20,000 bases of DNA, taken from the NCBI GenBank assembly GCA_036172245.1, contig JAYWIR010000058.1, positions 732,644 through 752,643 on the forward strand, in the 5' to 3' direction. Of this stretch, positions 1 to 9,869 are shown piece by piece; the first letter of the stretch is position 1; every line of letters begins with the position of its first letter. Position numbers and translations under genes: made by a program. The DNA is from Raillietiella orientalis. Taxonomy: Eukaryota. A model generated the notes under the pieces. That model was not told the origin of the DNA and did no database searches. It was given only the letters and a program-made list of their open reading frames with translations.

Positions 1-335
1 CACACAATGGATTCAGATGAAGATGATCAAAGAAGAGAGCAATGCTGCAATTTGTGGCAAACCTTTACTCTTTCTTCATATTGTTAGTGACTTCTGCACG
101 AAATTTGATCTGTCGTGAAAATTGATATCTTTAGATGGCCTGGTTTGTTGTTGTAGGGTCAGCAAAATACGCGTTGCACAAAAGAGTATCCATCTGCATA
201 CTGCATACATTTTCTCCGTTAACATGTGAATTGGAAAAAATAGTGTTGGAACATGTGGTCTCATGAAAGCTTGCGAAAAAGTCAATAGTTTGAAATTTGA
301 TTCATTGTCAAGGAAACCAATGTTGCAATCCAAAG

Positions 336-1690
336 ACCCATCATTGAGGTTAACCGTATTTCAGAAACGAAAGATATTTTCGCATGTGTTCCAAATGTTT
401 TACTGCAAAAAACCTTCATTAGTAATATGCCCATACAAGAAAATCGACGTTGCCGACAATGAAAAAGACAAAAAAGTGGAAATCAGAGGTTTCGAAACAC
501 ATTGGAATATGGTGTGAAAAGTTAAAGACGGAGCATCTGAAGATGCCAGAAGAGGATATAGAAGCTTCGTCTCGTTTGGTGTTCTTATGAAAAGCAGCTG
601 CACTCACAACAGATTGAATTATAAATTCAATCGGCATTAAACAACGAAGAATACGTTGAGTTGTTTAGCAAACACTTGCAAGCAAATTACCATTTCAACC
701 TCTCCACACATATCACAACCGCGTTATTCGAGGTTTGCAAAGTTCAGCAGTGCTTATTAAAGGATGAAACAACAGGTATGGAAATGCATAGATGAGGCTA
801 ATCCTAAGTGGGCGTTTAGTGGTGTGCGAACAAAAGCAATTTCCGTTATGGATAAAAGACATGAAGCAGAGCATTACAAAAAAAATCTTGACATCATTTA
901 TGAAAAGCATTATAGATACGACCAAAATTGGCGAAGCATTGGTTGCCGAATGGACGTCGATACCAAATATGCAACTGGTGCACTCAGCTCAAAGAGACGC
1001 TTGTTACAATTTCATACTGTTGAAATTTCGAAACTGAATTGTCGTAGCAAGGATGGAATTCTAAGAAGAGACCTCTTATGTCTAATCACGTAGGCAGCTA
1101 AGCACTTCAAAACGGGTTCAGTTCAAGATAATCAAAGCAGGGAGCAATGCTGCAAACCGTATAAAACCATTCCTCTTCATTCATATTTTTAGTGACTTCT
1201 GCAGGGAATTTGATCTGCCGTGAAAATTGATATCTTTAGTTGGCTTGGTTTCTTGTTGCGGGCTCATCAAAATGCGCGTTGCTTGAAAGAATATCCATTT
1301 GCATACTGCATACAGTTTCTGCGTAAGAATGTGAACTAAAAACAACATCGTTTGAAAAGTTGGTCTTCACATTGCTTGCGAAGAAATGAATAGTTTGAAA
1401 TTTTATTTATTGTCAAGGAAACCAATGTTGTAGACGGAAGACCAATCATTGAGATTCATCGGATTTTAGAAACAAAAGATACTTTTGCACGTGTTTCAAA
1501 ATATGTTTGACACGGCAAAATAACTTTCAAATATTGTTCCCGTAGAAGAAAATCGCCGATGCCGACAATGGAAGAGACAGGAAAACGGAAACCTAAGATA
1601 TTGAAAAATACTGGGAAATCGTTTGAAAAGTTGGAGCTGAATCGTCAGAAGAGGCCAGAAGAGGATACAAACGGTTCGTTACTTTTGCTG
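336..1690. repeat. Diverged (B-type and related) monomer tract, longer than one unit
   Basis: Collinear with the A monomer but densely substituted, e.g. TCTCCACACATATCAC at 701 vs A TCTGCACACGCATGAC, and GGAGCTGAATCGTCAGAAGAGGCC near 1633 vs A AAAGACGGAGCGTCTGAAGATGCC. Boundaries are approximate. Confidence 0.88.
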
Positions 1691-3266
1691 TTCTCATGCG
1701 AAGCAGCTGTACATACAACAGATTATACTATAAATTCAATCGGCATTAACAAACCGAGAATACGTTCTGTTGTGTAGCAAGCACTTGCAAGCAAATCAAC
1801 ATTTCAACCTCTAAACACGCTTGACAACCGCGTTATACGAAGTTCGTTAAGATTAGCAGTGCTTTTGGAAGGATAAAAAAACAGCTTTGAAAATGCATAG
1901 ATGATCCTAATCCTAGGTGTGCGTATAGTGGTGTGCAAACAGAAGCACTTTCTGTTATGGATGAAAGGCATGAAGCAGAACATTACAAAAGAATTCACGA
2001 CATTATTTTTAAAAGGCATTGTAGATAGCACCAAAATTGGCGAAGCAGTGGTTTTCGAATGGTCGTGGATACGAAATATGCAACTGGTACACTCATGTCA
2101 AAGTGTCGGTTCTTACAGTTTCATATTTTGAAATCTCGTAACTGAAATCTGGTAGCAAGAATGGAATTCTGAGATCGGATTTCTTATGTCTAATCACGTT
2201 GGCATCAAAACTGTACACACTGGATTCAGTTCAAGATGATCAAAGAAGAGAGCTATGCTGCAATTTGTCGGAAACCTTTCCTCTTCCTTCATATTGTTAG
2301 TGACTCCTGCAGGGAATTTGATCTGCCGTGAATATTGATATCTTTAGATGGCTTGGTTTGTTGTTGCAGGGTCAGCAAAATACGCGTTCCACAATAGAGT
2401 ATCCATCTTTATACTGCATACATTTTCTCCGTTAACATGTGAATTGGAAAAAATATTGTTGCAACATGTGGTCTCATGATAGCTTGCGAAAAAGTCAATA
2501 GTTTGAAATTTTATTCATTGTCAAGGAAACCAATGTTGCAATCCAAAGAGCCATGATTGAGATTAATTGTATTTCAGAAAATAACATATTTTCGCATATG
2601 TTCAAAATTATGTTTACCATTGCAAAAAGCCTTGGTGTCTTACTTACATACAAAAAAATTGACGTTGGCGACAATGGAAAAGAGAAAAAAGTGGTAATCA
2701 GAGGTTTCAAAACACATTTGAATATGGTGAGAAAAGTTAGAGACGGAGCGTCTGAAGATGCCAGAAGAGGATATAGAAGCTTCGTTTGGTTTGCTGTTCT
2801 CATGCGAAGCAGCTGTACGTACAACAGATTATACTATAAATTCAATCGGCATTTACAAACCGAGAATACGTTCTGTTGTGTAGCGAGCACTTGCAAGCAA
2901 ATCAACATTTCAACCTCTGCACACGCATGACAACCGCGTTATACGAAGTTCGTTAAGATTAGCAGTGCTTATGGAAGGATAAAAAAACGGCTTTGAAAAT
3001 GCATAGATGATCCTAATCCTAGGTGTGCGTATAGTGGTGCGCAAACAGAAGCACTTTCTGTTATGGATGAAAGGCATGAACCAGACCATTAGAAAAGAAT
3101 TCACCTTATTGTTTTTAAAAGACATTGTAGATAGCACCAAAATTGGCGAAGCAGTGGTTGCCGAATGGTCGTCGATACGAAATATGCAACTGTTACACTC
3201 ATGTCAAAGAGTCGGTTTTTACAGTTTCATATTTTGAAATCTCGTAACTCAATTCTGGTAGCAAGA

Positions 3267-4335
3267 ATGGAATTCTGAGATCGGATCTCTTATGTCTAAT
3301 CATGTTGGCATCTAAGGTGCACACAATGGATTCGGTTGAAGATGATCAAAGAAGAGAGCAATGCTGCAATTTGTGGCAAACCTTTACTCTTTCTTCATAT
3401 TGTTAGTGACTCCTGCACGAAATTTGATCTGTCGTGAAAATTGATATCTTTAGATGGCCTGGTTTGTTGTTGCAGGGTCAGCAAAATACGCGTTCCACAA
3501 TAGAGTATCCATCTTCATACTGCATACATTTTCTCCGTTAACATGTGAATTGGAAAAAATAGTGTTGCAACATGTGGTCTCATGATGGCTTGCGAAACCA
3601 ATGTTGCAATCCAAAGAGCCATGATTGAGATTAATTGTATTTCAGAAAATAACATATTTTCGCATATGTTCGAAATTATGTTTACTATTGCAAAAAGCCT
3701 TGGTGTCTTACTTACATTAAAGAAAATTGACGTTGCCGACAATGGAAAAGACAAAAAAGTGGTAATCAGAGGTTTCAAAACACATTTGAATATGGTGAGA
3801 AAAGTTCAAGACGGAGCGTCTGAAGATGCCAGAAGAGGATATGGAAGCTTCGTTTGGTTTGCTGTTCTCATGCGAAGCAGCTGTACGTACAACAGATTAT
3901 ACTATAAATTCAATCGGCATTTACAAACCGAGAATACGTTCTGTTGTGTAGCGAGCACTTGCAAGCAAATTACCATTTCAACCTCTCCACACATATCACA
4001 ACCGCGTTATACGAAGTTTGCCAAGTTCAGCAGTGCTTATGGAAGGATAAAACAACAGGTTTGGAAATGCATAGATGAGGCTAATCCTAAGTGGGCGTTT
4101 AGTGGTGTGCGAACAAAAGCAATTTCTGTTATGGATGAAAGGCATGAAGCAGACCATTACAAAAGAAATCACGACATCATTAATGAAAAGCATTATAGAT
4201 ACGACGAAAATTGGCGAAGCATTGGTTGCCGAATGGTCGTGGATACGAAATATGCAACTGGTAGATACATCTCAAAGAGACGCTTCTTACAGCTTCATAC
4301 TTTCGAAATCTCGTAACTGAATTCTGGTAGCAAGA
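3267..4335. repeat. Short (1069-bp) monomer carrying a 38-bp internal deletion
   Basis: Reads GCTTGC-GAAA-CCAATG at 3588-3603, where the consensus is GCTTGC-GAAA-[AAGTCAATAGTTTGAAATTTTATTCATTGTCAAG-GAAA]-CCAATG. Confidence 0.93.
3971..4320. repeat. Partial B-type patch within an otherwise A-like monomer
   Basis: TCTCCACACATATCAC at 3984, plus GAGGCTAATCCTAAGTGGGCGTTTAG and CATTATAGATACGAC, as in 701-960. A manual count gives about 33 differences from A over about 240 bp. Confidence 0.88.
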
Positions 4336-7303
4336 ATGGAATTCTGAGAACGGATCTCTTATGTCTAATCACGTTGCAATCTAAGGTGCACACAATAGAT
4401 TCAGTTGAAGATGATCAAAGAAGAGAGCAATGCTGCAATTTGTCGGAAACCTTTCCTCTTTCTTCATATTGTTAGTGACTTCTGCAGGGAATTTGATCTG
4501 CCGTGAATATTGATATCTTTAGATGGCTTGGTTTGTTGTTGCAGGGTCAGCAAAATACGCGTTCCACAATAGAGTATCCATCTTCATACTGCAGACATTT
4601 TCTCCGTTAACATGTGAATTGGAAAAAATAGTGTTGCAACATGTGGTCTCATGATAGCTTGCGAAAAAGTCAATAGTTGGAAATTTTATTCATTGTCAAG
4701 GAAACCAATGTTGCAATCCAAACAGTCATGATTGAGATTAGTTGTATTTCAGAAGATAACATATTTTCGCATATGTTCAAAATTATGTTTATTATTGCAA
4801 AAAGCCTTGGGGTCTTACTTACATACAAGAAAATTGACGTTGCCGACAATGGAAAAGACAAAAAATTTGTAATCAGAGGTTTCAAAACACATTTGAATAT
4901 GGTGTGAAAAGTTAAAGACGGAGCGTCTGAAGATGCCAGAACAGGATATAGAAGCTTCGTTTGGTTTGCTGTTCTCATGCGAAGCAGCTGTACGTACAAC
5001 AGATTATACTATAAATTCAATCGGCATTTACAAACCGAGAATACGTTCTGTTGTGTAGCGAGCACTTGCAAGCAAATCAACATTTCAACCTCTGCACACG
5101 CATGACAACCGCGTTATACGAAGTTCGTTAAGATTAACAGTGCTTATGGAAGGATAAAAAAGCGGCTTTGAAAATGCATAGATGATCCTAATCCTAGGTG
5201 TGCGTATAGTGGTGTGCAAACAGAAGCACTTTCTGTTATGGATGAAAGGCATGAAGCAGACCATTAGAAAAGAATTCACGACATTATTTTTAAAAGGCAT
5301 TCTAGATAGAACCAAAATTGAAGAAGCAGTGGTTGCCGAATGGTCGTCGATACGAAATATGCAACTGTTACACTCATGTCAAAGAGTCGGTTTTTACAGT
5401 TTCATATTTTGAAATCTCGTAACTCAATTCTGGTAGCAAGAATGGAATTCTGAGATCGGATCTCTTATGTCTAATCATGTTGGCATCTAAGGTGTACAGA
5501 ATGGATCCAGTTGAAGACGATCAAAGAAGAGAGCAATGCTGCAATTTGTCGGAAAACTTTCCTCTTTCTTCATATTGTTAGTGACTCCTGCAGGGAATTT
5601 GATCTGCCGTGAATATTGATATCTTTAGATGGCTTGGTTTGTTGTTGTAGGGTCAGCAAAATACGCGTTCCACAATAGAGTATCCATCTTCATACTGCAT
5701 ACATTTTCTCCGTTAACATGTGAATTGGAAAAAATAGTGTTGCAACATGTGGTCTCATGATAGCTTGCGAAAAAGTCAATAGTTTGAAATTTTATTCATT
5801 GTCAAGGAAACCAATGTTGCATTCCAAAGACCCATCATTGAGGTTGACCGTATTTCAGAAACGAAAGATATTTTCGCATGTGTTCAAAATAATGTTTACC
5901 ATTGCAAAAAGCCTTGGTGTCTTACTTACATTCAAGAAAATTGACGTTGCCGACAATGGAAAAGACAAAAAAGTGGTAACCAAAGGTTTCAAAACACATT
6001 TGAATATGGTGTGAAAAGTTAAAGACGCAGCGTCTGAAGATGCCAGAAGAGGATATAGAAGCTTCGTTTGGTTTGCTGTTCTCATGCGAAGCAGCTGTAC
6101 GTACAACAGATTATACTATAAATTCAATCGGCATTTACAAACCGAGAATACGTTCTGTTGTGTAGCGAGCTCTTCCAAGGAAATCAACATTTCAACCTCT
6201 GCACACGCATGACAACCGCGTTATACGAAGTTCGTTAAGATTAGCAGTGCTTATGGAAGGATAAAAAAGCAGCTTTGAAAATGCATAGATGATCCTAATC
6301 CTAGGTGTGCGTATAGTGGTGCGCAAACAGAAGCACTTTCTGTTATGGATGAAAGGCATGAAGCAGACCATTAGAAAAGAACTCACCTTATTATTTTTAA
6401 AAGGCATTGTAGATAGCACCAAAATTGGCGAAGCAGTGGTTGCCGAATGGTCGTCGATACGAAATATGCAACTGGTACACTCATGTCAAAGAGTCGGTTT
6501 TTACAGTTTCATATTTTGAAATCTCGTAACTCAATTCTGGTAGCAAGAATGGAATTCTGAGATCGGATCTCTTATGTCTAATCATGTTGGCATCTAAGGT
6601 GTACACAATGGATCCAGTTGAAGACGATCAAAGAAGAGAGCAATGCTGCAATTTGTCGGAAACCTTTCCTCTTTCTTCATATTGTTAGTGACTTCTGCAG
6701 GGAATTTGATCTGCCGTGAATATTGATATCTTTAGATGGCTTGGTTTGTTGTTGCAGGGTCAGCAAAATACGCGTTCCACAATAGAGTATCCATCTTTAT
6801 ACTGCATACATTTTCTCCGTTAACATGTGAATTGGAAAAAATAGTGTTGCAACAAGTGGTCTCATGATAGCTTGCGAAAAAGTCAATAGTTTCAAATTTT
6901 ATTCATTGTTAAGGAAACCAATGTTGCAATCCAAAGAGCCATCATTGACATTAATTGTATATCAGAAAATAAGGTATTCTCGCATGTGTTCAAAATTATG
7001 TTTACCATTGCTAAAAGCCTTGATGTCTTACTTACATACAAGAAAATTGACGTTGCCAACAATGGAAAAGACGAAAATGTGGTAACAAGAGGTTTCAAAA
7101 CACATTAAAGTATGGTGTGAAAAGTTAAAGACGGAGCGTCTGAAGATGCCAGAAGAGGATATAGAAGCTTCGTTTGGTTTGCTGTTCTCAGGCGAAGCAG
7201 CTGTACATACAACAGATTATACTATAAATTCATTCGGCATTAACAAACCGAGAATACGTTCTGTTATGTAGCAAGCACTTGCAAGCAAATCAACATTTCA
7301 ACC

Positions 7304-8290
7304 TCTCCACACATATCACAACCGCGTTATACGAAGTTTGCCAAGTTCAGCAGTGCTTATGGAAGGATAAAACAACAGGTTTGGAAATGCATAGATGAAG
7401 CTAATCCTAAAAGGGCGTTTATTGGTGTGCGAACAAAAGCAATTTCTGTTATGGATGAAAGCCATGAAGCAGACCATTACAAAAGAAATCACGACATCAT
7501 TATTGAAAAGCATTATAGATACGACGAAAATTGGCGAAGCATTGGTTGCCGAATGGTCGTCGATACCAAATATGCAACTGGTGCACTCAGCTCAAAAAGA
7601 CGCTTGTTACAATTTCATACTGTTGAAATTTCGAAACAGAATTGTCGTAGCAAGGATATAATTCTAAGAAGAGACCTCTTATGTCTAATCACGTAGGCAC
7701 CTATGCACTTCAAAACGGATTCAGTTCAAGATGATCGAAGCAGGGAGCAATGCTGCAAACCGTATAAAACCATTCCTCTTCCTACATATTGTTAGAGACC
7801 TCTGCGCGTAATTTGTTCTGTCGAAGAAATTGACATCTTTAGTTGGCTTGGCTTCTTGTTGCAGGCTCATCAAAATGCGCGTTGCTCGAGAGAATATCCA
7901 TTTGCATACTGCAAACATTTTCTCCGTAAAAATGTGAACTAAAAACAACAGCGTGTGAAAAGTTGGTCTTTAGATTATTAGCGAAGAAATGAATAGTTTG
8001 AAATTTTATTCATTGTCAAGGAAACCAATGTTGCAGACGGAAGACCAATCATTAAGATTCATCGTATTTCAGAAACAAAAGATACTTTTGCACGTGTTTC
8101 AAAATAAGTTTCACACGGCGAAATGGCTTTGAAATATTGTTCCCGTGAAAGAAAATCGCCGATGCCGACAATGGAGGAGACAGGAATGCCGAAACCTAAG
8201 ATATTGAAAAACACTGGAAAATCGTTTGAAAAGTTGGAGCTGAATCGTCAGAAGAGGCCAGAAGAGGATTCAAACAGTTCGTCACTTTTG
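7304..8290. repeat. Second long B-type tract
   Basis: Shares the diagnostic variants of 701-1690 at an offset of 6603 bp (6 monomers). It reverts to A type at the same monomer position (after ACTTTTGCTG). Confidence 0.9.
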
Positions 8291-8412
8291 CTGTTCTCAT
8301 GCGAAGCGGCTGTACATACAACAGATTATACTATAAATTCAATCGGCATTAACAAACCGAGAATACGTTCTGTTATGTAGCAAGCACTTGCAAGCAAATC
8401 AACATTTCAACC

Positions 8413-8555
8413 TCTCCACACATATCACAACCGCGGTATACGAAGTTTGCCAAGTTCAGCAGTGCTTATGGAAGGATATAACAACAGGTTTTAAAATGCA
8501 TAGATGAGGCTAATCCTAAGTGGGCGTTTAGTGGTGTGCGAACAAAAGCAATTTC
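8413..8555. repeat. Short B-type patch
   Basis: B markers run from TCTCCACACATATCAC (8413) to AAAGCAATTTC (~8551). A markers resume by CATTAGAAAAGAATTC (~8584-8599). Confidence 0.85.
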
Positions 8556-8763
8556 TGTTATGGATGAAAGGCATGATGCAGACCATTAGAAAAGAATTCA
8601 CGACATTATTTTTAAAAGGCATTGTAGATAGCACCAAAATTGGCGAAGCAGTGATTGCCGAATGGTCGTCCATACGAAATATGCAACTGGTACACTCATG
8701 TCAAAGAGTCGGTTTTTACAGTTTCATATTTTGAAATCTCGTAACTCAATTCTGGTAGCAAGA

Positions 8764-9869
8764 ATGGAATTCTGAGATCGGATCTCTTATGTCTAATCAT
8801 GTTGGCATCTAAGGTGTACACAATGGATCCAGTTGAAGAAGATCAAAGAAGAGAGCAATGCTGCAATTTGTCGGAAACCTTTCCTCTTTCTTCATATTGT
8901 TAGTGAGTCCTGCAGGGAATTTGATCTGCCGTGAATATTGATATCTTTAGATGGCTTGGTTTGTTGTTGCAGGGTCAGCAAAATACGCGTTCCACAATAG
9001 AGTATCCATCTTTATACTGCATACATTTTCTCCGTTAACATGTGAATTGGAAAAAATAGTGTTGCAACATGTGGTCTCATGATAGCTTGCGAAAAAGTCA
9101 ATAGTTTGAAATTTTATTCATTGTCAAGGAAACCAATGTTGCAATCCAAAGAGCCATGATTGAGATTAATTGTATTTCAGAAAATAACATATTTTCGCAT
9201 ATGTTCAAAATTATGTTTACCATTGCAAAAAGCCTTGGTGTCTTACTTACATACAAAAAAATTGACGTTGGCGACAATGGAAAAGAGAAAAAAGTGGTAA
9301 TCAGAGGTTTCAAAACACATTTGAATATGGTGAGAAAAGTTAGAGACGGAGCGTCTGAAGATGCCAGAAGAGGATATAGAAGCTTCGTTTGGTTTGCTGT
9401 TCTCATGCGAAGCAGCTGTACGTACAACAGATTATACTATAAATTCAATCGGCATTTACAAACCGAGAATACGTTCTGTTGTGTAGCAAGCACTTGCAAG
9501 CAAATCAACATTTCAACCTCTGCACACGCATGACAACCGCGTTATACGAAGTTCGTTAAGATTAGCAGTGCTTATGGAAGGATAAAAAAGCAGCTTTCAA
9601 AATGCATAGATGATCCTAATCCTAGGTGTGCGTATAGTGGTGTGCAAACAGGAGCACTTTCTGTTATGGATGAAAGGCATGAAGCAGACCATTAGAAAAG
9701 AATTCACGACATTATTTTTAAAAGGCATTGTAGATAGCACCAAAATTGGCGAAGAAGTGGTTGCCGAATGGTCCTCGATACGAAATATGCAACTGGTACA
9801 CTCATGTGACAGAGTCGGTTTTTACAGTTTCATATTTTGAAATCTCGTAACTCAATTCTGGTAGCAAGA
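8764..9869. repeat. Representative full-length major (A-type) monomer, 1106 bp; phase is arbitrary, set at the ATGGAATTC anchor
   Basis: Anchor-to-anchor distance is 1106. By eye it is collinear and near-identical with the monomers at 2161, 4336, 10976 and 13182. Confidence 0.93.

Noticed and set aside
9613..9626. TCCTAATCCTAGG as a telomere-like (TTAGG-type) motif
   Set aside because: Only two imperfect units per monomer, and altered in B copies. This is consistent with chance.
8764..9869. 5S rRNA, spliced-leader, snRNA or tRNA tandem gene unit (often about 1 kb)
   Set aside because: I see no nematode SL1 leader, tRNA cloverleaf or A/B boxes. The minus-strand TCCGATCTCAGAA resembles a 5S fragment only over about 10 nt without matching flanks. 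An Rfam scan would be decisive.
8764..9869. Monomer as 7 x 158-bp or 2 x 553-bp ancestral subunits (1106 = 7 x 158)
   Set aside because: Manual comparison of consecutive blocks gave only scattered short matches (e.g. TTGGTTTGTTGTT/TTGGTTTGCTGTT, GTTGCCGACAATGG/GTTGCCGAATGG) at inconsistent offsets. A sensitive self-dotplot is needed to exclude it fully.
8764..9869. Many 6-bp restriction palindromes (EcoRI, BamHI, HindIII, PstI, MluI, AvrII) suggesting a synthetic construct
   Set aside because: About 17 or more 6-bp palindromes are expected by chance per 1106 bp, close to what is seen. Subfamily divergence and mosaicism indicate natural evolution.
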